NCBI GenBank assembly: GCA_965223345.1
Contig: CBDCWG010000012.1
Span: forward strand, 2,848,001 to 2,912,000
DNA length: 64,000 bases
Origin: Nitrospinales bacterium
GTDB taxonomy: Bacteria > Nitrospinota > Nitrospinia > Nitrospinales > VA-1
Direction of reading: 5' to 3'
Notes under the pieces: generated by a model
Seen by the model: only the letters and a program-made list of their open reading frames with translations
Told to the model about the DNA's origin: nothing
Database searches by the model: none
Position numbers and translations under genes: made by a program
Shown here: one piece after another, positions 47,415-57,388 of the stretch
How the letters are laid out: the number at the start of each line of letters is the position of its first letter
Position numbering within the stretch: position 1 is the stretch's first letter

Positions 47415-47906
47415 ATGCAGCACACTATCTCTGTACTCGTCGTCAACCGGTTCGGGGTTCTCTCGAGAATTTCAGGATTGTTCAGCGGCCGCGGTTTCAA
47501 CATCGAAAGCCTCAACGTGGCGGAAACCAACGATCCCAGCGTTTCCAGGATGACCATCGTCACGATCGGCGACAACAGCAAAATCGAACAGATCACCAAA
47601 CAGCTGAACAAACTCGTCGATGTTATCAAAGTGGTGGACTTGACGGAGGAAAAATTTGTCGATCGGGAATTGATCCTGGTGAAGATGAACGCCGAAGCCC
47701 GGGTGCGCGAGGAGGTGCTGCGCATCGTCGAGATTTTCCGGGCCAAGGTGGTGGACGTGAGCCCGCAGACCTACACGATCGAGATCACGGGCGACGAATC
47801 GAAGATCAAGGGATTTCTGGAATTGTTGCGGCCGCTGGGCATGAAGGAACTGGTCCGTTCGGGCCGGATCGCCATCAGCCGGGGCATGAAGTCGATCAGC
47901 CCCTGA
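47415..47906 (+). CDS. ilvN: Acetolactate synthase small (regulatory) subunit
   Basis: GVLSRISGLFSGRGFNIESL, EQITKQLNKLVDVIKV, RELILVK, ELVRSG. Confidence 0.96.
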   Translation: MQHTISVLVVNRFGVLSRISGLFSGRGFNIESLNVAETNDPSVSRMTIVTIGDNSKIEQITKQLNKLVDVIKVVDLTEEKFVDRELILVKMNAEARVREEVLRIVEIFRAKVVDVSPQTYTIEITGDESKIKGFLELLRPLGMKELVRSGRIAISRGMKSISP

Positions 47907-47936
47907 GCGGCAAAGAAGCGGAAAGGAGAACGCATT

Positions 47937-48938
47937 TTGACCAAAATTTATTACGAAAAACAGGCGGACCTCAAACAGATCAAAAAGAAAACCGTCGCCA
48001 TCATCGGATACGGCAGCCAGGGTCACGCCCACGCGCGCAACCTGCACGACAGCGGCATCAAGGTCGTGGTCGGCCTGCGCAAAGGCAGCGATTTCTGGAA
48101 ACGCGCCCAGAAGGACGGCCTCAACGTCATGACGGTTCCGGAAGCCACGAAAGCGGCGGACATCCTGATGATCCTGATTCCGGACGACAAGCAGCGGGCG
48201 ATGTACGAGAAGGACATCGAGCCGAACCTGAAAAAAGGCATGGCGCTGGCCTGGGGACACGGTTTCAACATCCATTTCGGGCAGATCGTGCCGCCGCCGA
48301 CGGTGGACGTGTTCATGATCGCGCCCAAGGGACCGGGACATCTGGTGCGGCGGACGTTCGAGAACGGCGCAGGCGTTCCCTGCCTGATGGCCATTCACCA
48401 GGACGTCACGAAAAAGGCCAAGGACATCGCGCTGGCGTACGCCAAGGGCATCGGCGGAACGCGCGCCGGGGTCCTGGAAACCAGTTTCCAGGAGGAAACC
48501 GAAACCGACCTGTTCGGCGAACAGGCGGTGCTGTGCGGCGGCGTCACCGAGCTGATCCGCGCGGGTTTCGACACGCTGGTGGAAGCGGGCTACAACCCGG
48601 ACCTGGCTTATTTCGAATGCCTGCACGAGCTGAAACTGATCGTCGATCTGATCTACGAAGGCGGCATCGGCAACATGCGCTACTCGATCAGCACCACTGC
48701 AGCGTATGGGGATGTCACGCGCGGGCCGAGGATCATCACGGACAAGACCCGCAAGGAGATGAAGCGCATCCTGCAGGAGATCCAGAACGGCAGCTTCGCC
48801 AAGGAATTCATCACGGAAAACCAGGCCAACCGGCCTGTGTTCAACGCGCGTCTCAAGCAGGACGCCAACCACATGATCGAGGACGTGGGCGACAAGCTGC
48901 GCAAGATGATGCCTTTCGTCGGGGAAAAACTCAAATAG
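47937..48938 (+). CDS. ilvC: Ketol-acid reductoisomerase
   Basis: RBS AAGGAG with TTG start; [43 protein letters not shown]. Confidence 0.97.
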   Translation: MTKIYYEKQADLKQIKKKTVAIIGYGSQGHAHARNLHDSGIKVVVGLRKGSDFWKRAQKDGLNVMTVPEATKAADILMILIPDDKQRAMYEKDIEPNLKKGMALAWGHGFNIHFGQIVPPPTVDVFMIAPKGPGHLVRRTFENGAGVPCLMAIHQDVTKKAKDIALAYAKGIGGTRAGVLETSFQEETETDLFGEQAVLCGGVTELIRAGFDTLVEAGYNPDLAYFECLHELKLIVDLIYEGGIGNMRYSISTTAAYGDVTRGPRIITDKTRKEMKRILQEIQNGSFAKEFITENQANRPVFNARLKQDANHMIEDVGDKLRKMMPFVGEKLK

Positions 48939-48956
48939 GATGCGTTTGCCCCTTCG

Positions 48957-49592
48957 ATGAGAATTCCTTTCGCAAAAGACGGCTTCCGTTTCCTGATCCC
49001 GCTCGGCCTGCTGACGGCGCTGTTTCTCTGGCTGTCCTGGCCCATCGCGGCGTTCATCGCCGGCGGTTTCTTCCTGTTCGTGCTGAATTTTTTCCGTGAT
49101 CCCGAACGCGCCATTCCTCCGGACGCCAACGCAGTGGTTTCCCCCGCCGACGGCAAGGTCGTGGAGATCGTCAGCGAGACGGACCCCGCCCTGAGCGCGC
49201 CCGCCACGCGGGTGAGCATCTTCCTCAACGTGTTCAACGTGCACGTGAACCGGGTCCCCATCGCGGGAACCATCGAGACGGTCCGCTACAACAAGGGCAA
49301 ATTCCTGGCGGCTTTCAACCACAAGGCGTCGCTCGACAACGAGCAGAACGCCATCGTGGTGAAGAACGGCCCGGTGCAGATCCTGGTCAAGCAGATCGCC
49401 GGCCTCATCGCCCGGCGCATCGTCTGCTGGGCCAAAGAGGGCGACGAATACCAGTGCGGCCAGCGTTTCGGCCTGATCCGCTTCGGCTCCCGGGTGGACA
49501 TCTTCGTGCCGGAGGGCACCCGGCTGGTGGTGAAAAACGGCGATATCGTCAAAGGCGGCAGCAGCGTGATCGGCTTTCTCAAGCAGGAGTGA
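48957..49592 (+). CDS. psd: Phosphatidylserine decarboxylase proenzyme
   Basis: FFRDPER, SPADGKV, NVHVNR, QIAGLIARRI, IRFGSRVD (GS cleavage site). Confidence 0.95.
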   Translation: MRIPFAKDGFRFLIPLGLLTALFLWLSWPIAAFIAGGFFLFVLNFFRDPERAIPPDANAVVSPADGKVVEIVSETDPALSAPATRVSIFLNVFNVHVNRVPIAGTIETVRYNKGKFLAAFNHKASLDNEQNAIVVKNGPVQILVKQIAGLIARRIVCWAKEGDEYQCGQRFGLIRFGSRVDIFVPEGTRLVVKNGDIVKGGSSVIGFLKQE

Positions 49593-49645
49593 ATCGCTGG
49601 CATTTTTCATCGGGTCGGTTATACTGGTAGTTCAAGGAGCCAGCC

Positions 49646-50431
49646 ATGAACCGCTTGAACCTGAAGAGGAAACGATCGCGAAAGCTGCGCCGGGGGATCT
49701 ACATGCTCCCCAGCCTGTTCACCACCGGCAATGTGTTCTGCGGGTTTTACGCGTTCATTGCGGTTCTGAACGACGATTATTACCTCGCGGCCTGGGCGCT
49801 GGTCGTGGCGATGATCTTCGACGTCCTCGACGGCCGGGTGGCGCGGCTGACCAAGACCACTAGCGCGTTCGGGGTGCAGTACGATTCCCTGGCAGACATC
49901 ATCTCCTTCGGCATGGCGCCGGCCTTTCTGGTGTATGCGTGGGTGCTGAAACCGTTCGGGCGCCTGGGCTGGATGGCGGCGTTTCTGTTTCTGCTGTGCG
50001 GGGCGCTCAGGCTGGCGCGTTTCAACGTTACCAAACCCGACGTCAAGGGCGACCATTTCATCGGCCTGCCCATTCCCGCGGCGGCGGCGAGCCTGGCCTC
50101 CATCGTGATCGCCTTCGAGGACCTGTTCGCTTCGCGGCTCAACCCGATGGTCATGGTGGTGCTGGTTTACCTGCTGGCCTTCCTGATGGTCAGCAACATC
50201 AAGTACCCCTCGTTCAAGAAATTCCAGTTCAAGAAACGGGTGGCGTTCTCGCGATTCCTGTTCGTCATTCTGTTCATCTACGTTCTGGCCACCATCCCGC
50301 GGGTGGCGCTGTTCATTCTCAGTTTCAGCTACATCGTGATGGGCCCGGTGGGGTATTTCATCACCAACCGCAGGCAGGAGGCGGCGGAGCGGGACCCGGA
50401 AAAAATTTCCACCCCTCCGGCAAACTCCTGA
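49646..50431 (+). CDS. pssA: CDP-diacylglycerol--serine O-phosphatidyltransferase
   Basis: DVLDGRVARL...FGVQYDSLADIISFG, ALRLARFN, FIGLPIP. Confidence 0.95.
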   Translation: MNRLNLKRKRSRKLRRGIYMLPSLFTTGNVFCGFYAFIAVLNDDYYLAAWALVVAMIFDVLDGRVARLTKTTSAFGVQYDSLADIISFGMAPAFLVYAWVLKPFGRLGWMAAFLFLLCGALRLARFNVTKPDVKGDHFIGLPIPAAAASLASIVIAFEDLFASRLNPMVMVVLVYLLAFLMVSNIKYPSFKKFQFKKRVAFSRFLFVILFIYVLATIPRVALFILSFSYIVMGPVGYFITNRRQEAAERDPEKISTPPANS

Positions 50432-50531
50432 TATAATATAAGTGATTGATTTTTCAGGCCCGAGAGGCATCCCGGGCCGGATTTCCGGCACCGCCCCCAA
50501 ACCGGCGCTCAGATAAAACAGAGGAAAACGC

Positions 50532-51395
50532 ATGTCCTGGCTGGATATTTTCAAAAGCAAGCCGTCGATCCCGAAAAAGGTCTCCAAGCCGGAGAGCATC
50601 TGGACCGAATGCAAGAAATGCGGCGAGCAGGTCTACCTGGCGGACCTGGAAAAGAATTTCAAGGTGTGCCCGAAATGCGACCACCATTTCCGCGTCGAGG
50701 CGGCGGAGCGCATCAGCCAGCTGATCAATCCGGGAACCTTTCAGGAACACGACACCGACCTGTCTTCGGCGGACCCGCTGAAATTCCGCGACAAGAAAAA
50801 ATACAAGGACCGCCTGCGCTCCACGATCAAGAAGGGGCTGGAAAAGGACGCCCTGGTGACGGGAACCGGCATCCTCGGCGATCACGCGGTGGAGATCTGC
50901 CTGTTCGAGTTCAACTTCATGGGCGGCAGCATGGGTTCGGTGGTGGGCGAAAAGATCACCCGCGCCATCGAACGAGCGACTGAGCACCGCCGGCCGCTGA
51001 TCATCATCAGCTGTTCCGGCGGCGCGCGCATGCAGGAAGGCATTCTCTCCCTGATGCAGATGGCGAAAACCTCGGCGGCGCTCAAACGGCTGGCCGAAGA
51101 AAAAATTCCTTATATCTCCATCCTCACCGATCCCACCACAGGCGGCGTTTCAGCCAGCTTCGCCATGCTGGGGGACATCATCCTCGCCGAGCCGGGCGCC
51201 CTGATCGGGTTCGCCGGGCCGCGCGTCATCGAACAGACCATCCAGCAGAAACTGCCCGAGGGTTTTCAGACAGCGGAGTTTTTGCTCGATCACGGATTGA
51301 TCGACCAGGTGGTGCACAGAAAGAAACTCAAGCAGACGGTCGAAAACCTGCTGAGCCTGCTGGTCAACAGCCCCATCCCCAAAGTCGAAGCCTGA
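50532..51395 (+). CDS. accD: Acetyl-CoA carboxylase carboxyltransferase beta subunit
   Basis: Zn finger CKKC...CPKC, FMGGSMGSVVGEKI, SGGARMQEG, IGFAGPRVI. Confidence 0.97.
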   Translation: MSWLDIFKSKPSIPKKVSKPESIWTECKKCGEQVYLADLEKNFKVCPKCDHHFRVEAAERISQLINPGTFQEHDTDLSSADPLKFRDKKKYKDRLRSTIKKGLEKDALVTGTGILGDHAVEICLFEFNFMGGSMGSVVGEKITRAIERATEHRRPLIIISCSGGARMQEGILSLMQMAKTSAALKRLAEEKIPYISILTDPTTGGVSASFAMLGDIILAEPGALIGFAGPRVIEQTIQQKLPEGFQTAEFLLDHGLIDQVVHRKKLKQTVENLLSLLVNSPIPKVEA

Positions 51396-51518
51396 GACAA
51401 TCGGTCCGCAGTTGCCAGGCTTGATCCGATAGACGGTATCCGACCTCGAATGAGCGGGTTCGCCCCAAAGCGGACATTGAAGGTTTCATTCTTGCATGCC
51501 AAAAATTATTACTAATCA

Positions 51519-51848
51519 ATGAAGTATATTAAAAAAATAAGAAAAATTTATATTACCCTGTCGCCTATCCCGCCCATTTTATTTTTATGCTCAATAAGTA
51601 AACACGGCTGGGGATTTGTATATTCCTATATTTTTTTGGGGTCTGCATGGTCAAGTATATTGATGGGCGTTTTTGGTGCAGTATTGCTTGGGCAAGCAGG
51701 GCGCGAAACAGATTGGAAAGTTAAATTCCCCAATCTAATTAAAGCTACATTAATTTCTAGTTCTGTTTTATGGATAGCAATGTCTTATTTTATTATTTCA
51801 AACATTTGGTATTGGGTTTATCCTCCCCCCACGCCTAGCAGATATTAA
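51519..51848 (+). CDS. AT-rich small membrane protein
   Basis: 109-aa ORF with about three hydrophobic segments in markedly AT-rich DNA. Confidence 0.5.
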   Translation: MKYIKKIRKIYITLSPIPPILFLCSISKHGWGFVYSYIFLGSAWSSILMGVFGAVLLGQAGRETDWKVKFPNLIKATLISSSVLWIAMSYFIISNIWYWVYPPPTPSRY

Positions 51849-52079
51849 ATTATTTAAAGAGACTAAGTCCGCGTATGGCCTCAAGCCGACGTTGATACCG
51901 CAGGCATAAACCGGCTGCCCCCACTACGAATGCTCCACCCCGGTAGACAGTTTTGTTGATTTGAATCTCTCTCCCATGCATGTTACCTAGTAGGTATTAC
52001 GAGGATAGCTCTCCTTTTAGTACATCGTGTAAACCCGCCTTCATTCATTTCCTATTTTCAGCAAAACGGGTGTTTATTC

Positions 52080-53402
52080 ATGGCTTCGATTATCGGCAAT
52101 GGCAGAGTGGAAGATTGTGAAACTGTTTTAGGCCAGCCCGGGTTTTGGCGAATCGCCCAAACAAAAAACGGAGTTTGGTGGTTCCTCGATCCCGACAACC
52201 GCAGGGTCTTCCTGACGGCTGTGACCACCGTTCAGCCCATTCAGAAATCGCGGGACAAAGAGAGTCTGTACTATATTTCAAAAGATTGGAATGGCAACAA
52301 AGACGGAAAGGAAGGGGATCTTGATCACTGGGCAAAAAAAACGATCAAGCGAGTGCGTCAGGTGGGCTTTAAGGGTATCGGTGCTTGGTCGCATCCCGTT
52401 CTTCACAAATACGATGTGCCTATTTCAAGAGATCTGAATCTTTGGCGGTGGGCGGGTGAAAAAAGATTGTTTTACGATTCCAAATGGTTCGAAAAGGTTG
52501 AACATGCAGTAAGAAAACAAGTCACTCCATTAAAACACAATCGAAACCTGGTGGGTTACTACACGGATAACGAATTGGGTTGGAATAGTGGGTTTGCCTC
52601 CGTTGATAAATATTTTAACGGCCTGGCTCCGGACAACCCCAATCGCTTGAAAGTGTCCAGGCTGATTCAATCGCTTTGGACGACCGTCAATGCCTTCAAC
52701 GAGGCATGGCAAACAAACATAGAGGATTGGCGAGCGCTGGATGGCTGGGCAAAACTTCCCAAACACCCCACCCAGGCACGCAACAAACTCATAAAGGAGT
52801 GGCGTTTTCAATTAGCAAGGGACTATTTTCGCGTCACGAGTGAGTTGATTCGAAAATACGATTCCAATCACTTGATTCTGGGAGCTCGATACAAGAGAAA
52901 TGTGCCGAAAGAGATAACCCGAGCCTCAAGAGATCATGTCCATGCACAATCCGTAAATATGTATTCTTCTAATGCCCAGCCTGACCTGAAAATATTAAAG
53001 AGCATGTATTCTGAATGCGGCAGACCGATTATCATTTCAGAATATTCCTTTCATGCACTCGATGGGAGAAGCGGCAACAAAAACAAAGCTGGTTTTATTT
53101 GGGGCCAGGTGAAAGATCAGCAGGCGAGAGCTCAAGGCTACAGGCACTTCACAACACGCCTGGCACAGATTCCTTATGTAATCGGGTCTGACTGGTTTCA
53201 ATGGAATGATGAGCCACCTGCAGGTCGTTATGATGGTGAAGACGTGAATTTTGGTGTCGTTGATATTTATGATCGACCCTACTCTGAATTAGTGAACGCG
53301 ATCAAAGAAACTGGCGTTCGGGTTGATGAGTTGCATGAAAATAGCACTAGGAGTGAAGAAGAAGATATTTCCCGTCAATGCACCGTGGAGCCAATGAGGT
53401 AA
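52080..53402 (+). CDS. Clan GH-A glycoside hydrolase (agarase/GH50-like)
   Basis: WWFLDPD, GFKGIGAWS, VGYYTDNEL (acid/base), HLILGAR, PIIISEYSF (nucleophile), DWFQWNDEP..GRYDGEDVNFG. Confidence 0.75.
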   Translation: MASIIGNGRVEDCETVLGQPGFWRIAQTKNGVWWFLDPDNRRVFLTAVTTVQPIQKSRDKESLYYISKDWNGNKDGKEGDLDHWAKKTIKRVRQVGFKGIGAWSHPVLHKYDVPISRDLNLWRWAGEKRLFYDSKWFEKVEHAVRKQVTPLKHNRNLVGYYTDNELGWNSGFASVDKYFNGLAPDNPNRLKVSRLIQSLWTTVNAFNEAWQTNIEDWRALDGWAKLPKHPTQARNKLIKEWRFQLARDYFRVTSELIRKYDSNHLILGARYKRNVPKEITRASRDHVHAQSVNMYSSNAQPDLKILKSMYSECGRPIIISEYSFHALDGRSGNKNKAGFIWGQVKDQQARAQGYRHFTTRLAQIPYVIGSDWFQWNDEPPAGRYDGEDVNFGVVDIYDRPYSELVNAIKETGVRVDELHENSTRSEEEDISRQCTVEPMR

Positions 53403-53465
53403 AAAATTGAAGCGATGCCAATTCATGGATTTCAAACCGGCGCGTCAGTTCGGGAAAATCGGTTT

Positions 53466-53726
53466 TCATGATGGATCTCCGGATTCGCTCAGCTTGTGAC
53501 TGTCCGCCGCCGTCAGATCCAGGTCGTAGACTTGTTTGAGCTGCTCGATTTTATGCAGGGTCTCTTTTGAGAACGGCGGCAACTTGCCCTCGAAGCAGTG
53601 CAGCGCCATCCCTTCCAGCAAGTCACCGAGGGACATATCGAGCTGCTCCGCAAGCGCTTTCAGGACCTTCAAAATCCGCTTCTCGATGCGGACACCTGTT
53701 TGTACGCGTGTGATTGACTTCGCCAT
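53466..53726 (-). CDS. Conserved small protein, ribbon-helix-helix-like
   Basis: RVQTGVRIEKRILKVLKALAEQLDMSLGDLLEG fits a strand-helix-helix pattern. Confidence 0.6.
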   Translation of the reverse strand: MAKSITRVQTGVRIEKRILKVLKALAEQLDMSLGDLLEGMALHCFEGKLPPFSKETLHKIEQLKQVYDLDLTAADSHKLSESGDPS

Positions 53727-53838
53727 GAAGTTATCATGGTACATAGGTACCATAAAGTCAATCTAAATTGTTTTAGAATCGTTTATAGTGCTGATGGCAT
53801 CTCAGGACCGATGGGACGAAGACTCCGCTTGAACGAGG

Positions 53839-54633
53839 TTGTGCCATATGTGGAAGTGGTCGCGGGGCGATCCGCGAAAAAAAATACTGGCCGCTCCTTT
53901 CCCGAGCGAGTGGGAACGCCATATAAAAAACAACCTTCACTATTATCGGTATCTCAATCAGGAAGAAAAAAAGCGCCTGCAGGATCTCATCCGGATCTTC
54001 ATCGCCGAAAAGGATTGGCTGGGATGCAATGGCCTGGAATTGACGGATGAAATCCGCGTCACCATCGCCGCCCATGCCTGCCTGCTGATCCTCGAGTTGC
54101 CGAACGAGTATTACCGCAATGTGGAATCGATTTATGTATATCCGACGACCGTCCTTTCCCCTGAAGGGTCGCCCGGATTTTTTGAGGTGCGCACAACCCC
54201 GGTGGAAGGCCCGATGCCCATTCATGGCGAGGCCCATCACCGCGGCCCGGTGATCCTGGTCTGGGATGCGGTGAAACACGAAACCCGGCACCCGGAACAC
54301 GGTCACAATGTCGTCTATCACGAATTCGCGCACAAGCTGGACATGCTCGATGGCGGTGCGGACGGCACGCCGCCCCTGACCACGCCTGAGGAATATGAGC
54401 GGTGGCGGGAAGTGTGCTCCAACGAGTATCTGGAACTGTGCGACAAGGTGGATCACGGCGAGCCCACTTTTTTGGACGAATATGCGGCGACGAACGAAAC
54501 TGAATTTTTCGCGGTGGTGACCGAATATTTTTTCACCACACCCGAAGACATGAAACACTATCATCCCAAACTGTATCGGGTGTTGCAGGATTTTTACCGG
54601 CAGGACCCGGCAGAGAAAATGTTAGCCGGATGA
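53839..54633 (+). CDS. MtfA-like (M90) zinc peptidase
   Basis: IAAHACLLIL, GPVILVW, NVVYHEFAHKLD, YAATNETEFFAVVTEYFF; start codon uncertain. Confidence 0.88.
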   Translation: MCHMWKWSRGDPRKKILAAPFPSEWERHIKNNLHYYRYLNQEEKKRLQDLIRIFIAEKDWLGCNGLELTDEIRVTIAAHACLLILELPNEYYRNVESIYVYPTTVLSPEGSPGFFEVRTTPVEGPMPIHGEAHHRGPVILVWDAVKHETRHPEHGHNVVYHEFAHKLDMLDGGADGTPPLTTPEEYERWREVCSNEYLELCDKVDHGEPTFLDEYAATNETEFFAVVTEYFFTTPEDMKHYHPKLYRVLQDFYRQDPAEKMLAG

Positions 54634-54692
54634 GGTATCAACCCGGTCACGGTCAGGATTTTACCTGAGAAATGGAAATCTAAACGGAAACG

Positions 54693-56183
54693 ATGGACGC
54701 GCTCAACCTCAAACTCCCGCAATTCAACTTCGACAACAGCTTCGCCCGCACCTTCAAGGGCTTTTATGTGCCCTGGCAGGCGGATCCTGCGGCCGCCCCG
54801 AAACTGCTGCTGCTCAACCATGCGCTGGCCGAAGAGCTTGGGCTGGATCCGGCCGCGCTCGAATCGGAAGCGGGCCTGGCGATCTTCTCCGGCAATGCCA
54901 TCCCCGAAGGGGCGGAACCGCTGGCGCAGGCGTATGCCGGGCACCAGTTTGGCGGATACGCGGGGCAACTGGGGGACGGGCGCGCGCTTCTCCTCGGCGA
55001 GGTGATCGACACGCGGCAACAACGCCGCGATATCCAGTTGAAAGGATCCGGCCCCACCCCCTTCTCCCGCGGCGGCGACGGCAAAGCGCCGCTCGGCCCG
55101 GTGCTGCGCGAATACCTGATCGGAGAGAGCATGCATGCGCTCGGCATCCCGACGACACGCGCCCTGGCGGCCGTGACCACCGGCGAGGAAATTTACCGCG
55201 AAACCGCCCTGCCCGGTGCGGTGCTCACCCGTGTTGCGGCCAGTCACATCCGCGTCGGCACCTTCCAGTTTTTCGCTGCGCGGGGCGGCGCCGACAAAGT
55301 CCGTGAACTCGCCGATTATGCCATTGCACGGCATTATCCTCACACAGCCGATGCGGAAAATCCCTATCTGGCGTTCTTCGAAGCTGTTTGCGATGCGCAG
55401 GCGGCGCTGGTGGCGGGCTGGATGAATGTCGGTTTCATCCACGGGGTGATGAACACCGACAACACGGCGATCTCCGGTGAGACGCTGGATTACGGGCCCT
55501 GCGCCTTCATGGACACCTATGCGCCGGACACGGTGTTCAGCTCGATCGACCGCCACGGCCGCTACGCTTACGGCAACCAGCCGGAGATCCTGCCCTGGAA
55601 CCTGACCCGGTTCGCGGAAACGCTGATCCCGCTCGTCGATCCGGACAAAGGCAAGGCCGTCGAATTGCTGACCGGCTCGGTCAAGCAGGTTCAACATCTC
55701 TATGAGACTCACTGGCTGGCCGGAATGCGGTGCAAGATCGGTTTGACGAAGCAAGACCCACACGATCTGGAGCTGATGCACGATCTGCTCTGGGTCCTGA
55801 AAGACGGACAGGCGGATTTCACCCTCTTCTTCCGCCGTCTCTCGCAAGCCGTGCGCGGGGACAAAGACCCGATGCGAGACGTGCTGGAACAATCCGGCGC
55901 GTTCGACGTCTGGGCCCGGCGCTGGCGCAAGCGCCTGAAACAGGAGGGCGAGGCCGCGGAGACGGTCGCACAGGCGATGGACCGGGTCAATCCGATCTAT
56001 ATCCCACGCAACCATAAGGTTGAGGAAGCCCTTGAAGCCGCGGTCGATCGGGAAGACATGACGCCGTTTTCTGAACTGCTGGCAATTTTGACCCATCCGT
56101 TCGACGAAGTCGCCGGCAACGAGACCTACGCCGAGCCGGCGCCGGTGACGGACACTCCCTACAGGACGTTCTGTGGAACCTGA
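54693..56183 (+). CDS. selO: Protein adenylyltransferase SelO (YdiU)
   Basis: YAGHQFG..LGDGRA, QLKGSGPTPFSRGGDG, GFIHGVMNTDN, DYGP, C-terminal TFCGT. Confidence 0.95.
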   Translation: MDALNLKLPQFNFDNSFARTFKGFYVPWQADPAAAPKLLLLNHALAEELGLDPAALESEAGLAIFSGNAIPEGAEPLAQAYAGHQFGGYAGQLGDGRALLLGEVIDTRQQRRDIQLKGSGPTPFSRGGDGKAPLGPVLREYLIGESMHALGIPTTRALAAVTTGEEIYRETALPGAVLTRVAASHIRVGTFQFFAARGGADKVRELADYAIARHYPHTADAENPYLAFFEAVCDAQAALVAGWMNVGFIHGVMNTDNTAISGETLDYGPCAFMDTYAPDTVFSSIDRHGRYAYGNQPEILPWNLTRFAETLIPLVDPDKGKAVELLTGSVKQVQHLYETHWLAGMRCKIGLTKQDPHDLELMHDLLWVLKDGQADFTLFFRRLSQAVRGDKDPMRDVLEQSGAFDVWARRWRKRLKQEGEAAETVAQAMDRVNPIYIPRNHKVEEALEAAVDREDMTPFSELLAILTHPFDEVAGNETYAEPAPVTDTPYRTFCGT

Positions 56184-56390
56184 GCTGCGTGTCCGCCAGC
56201 GCCCCAAAGAGACATTCTTATGGAGAGCTGGCTTGCCAGGAAAATGTAAAACCGGCTTCCCCTCTCCTGTAAGATGGGGTATAGTTTTCCGTCATGACCC
56301 CATTGAACAGGAAACCAACCCCCCGGTGTGTGAAGTCCACCGGGACGCGCCGGGTACCCGCTACCGGCGTTTTACACGGATTGTGAAATA

Positions 56391-57353
56391 ATGCGTTCGA
56401 TAAAAGTCGAAGGACTCGATATACCCTGGACAGCCCTCACCTTTGGCTGCCTGCAGATTGCCCCCAGCGAAGCGTGGGGGGACGTGTGTTCGGCGGAAGA
56501 GGCCGACCGGCTGGTGAAGACCGCCCTGGAGGGCGGCATCCTGGCGTTTGATACCGCCGAGGGTTATGGCGACGGGGAATCCGAACGCCGTCTCGGCAAG
56601 GCCCTGGGCTCCCGAAAAAACGATGTCCTCATCGTTTCCAAAATCTGGCCCGATGTCGAATTGACACTCGAGGCTTACCAGTCGCGCCTTGAGGGTACGT
56701 TGAAAGCGCTTGGGCGGGATTATGTCGATGTGTACATGGTCCACTGGCCGGGCATGTATCTGGACACCATGATAAAGACCGGGAAGATGTGCGACATCAT
56801 GGCTGCCCTCAAAGAAAGCGGCAAGGCCCGTACCGTGGGCATCACGGATTTTAAGGCGAATGACATTCGACTGATGGCAGGCGCCGCCTCGTTGTTCACC
56901 GTCAATGAGATTCCTTATAACCTGCTTCAGCGCGAGTACGAAGGAGAGGATTTAATACATTGTGAAAAGGCCGGTATCGGTTACATGGCGTGTTCGCCCA
57001 GCGCCCATGGCCTGTTAGCCGGTCGATTCGATGAAGAGGCCCTGGAAGAGGCCTTGAAGGTACCCACCCGCCAGGAATGTCACCTGTACCGGCAGCCTTA
57101 TTTTGGTGATTCGCAAATCGTGCGCGACACGGTTCAGGAAATTGCACAAGAAATCAATACGGCCCCCATCAACGTGGCACTGGCATGGGTGATCCAGCAA
57201 AAGAATATCACCACCGCTGTGGTGGGGTCACACAAAGTGGATCAGGTGAAGGAATTTTGTGCTGCCGGGGAAATCACGCTCACTTCCGATCAGCTGAACC
57301 GGCTCAACGAGGCGAGCGCTCAGTTTCATTACACTCTCGGCAGAGTTGTCTGA
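56391..57353 (+). CDS. Aldo/keto reductase
   Basis: FDTAEGYGDGESE, IVSK, DYVDVYMVHWP, YNLLQR, VALAWV. Confidence 0.92.
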   Translation: MRSIKVEGLDIPWTALTFGCLQIAPSEAWGDVCSAEEADRLVKTALEGGILAFDTAEGYGDGESERRLGKALGSRKNDVLIVSKIWPDVELTLEAYQSRLEGTLKALGRDYVDVYMVHWPGMYLDTMIKTGKMCDIMAALKESGKARTVGITDFKANDIRLMAGAASLFTVNEIPYNLLQREYEGEDLIHCEKAGIGYMACSPSAHGLLAGRFDEEALEEALKVPTRQECHLYRQPYFGDSQIVRDTVQEIAQEINTAPINVALAWVIQQKNITTAVVGSHKVDQVKEFCAAGEITLTSDQLNRLNEASAQFHYTLGRVV

Positions 57354-57388
57354 CGATTCACCGATAAACTTTCATCTGTCCTGTCAGC

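Noticed and set aside
47472..49610. 712-aa antisense ORF (likewise 11962-13620, 22570-24459, 54594-56207 and the off-frame 47375-49099)
   Set aside because: Shadow ORFs of well-supported genes in GC-rich DNA; no recognisable motifs
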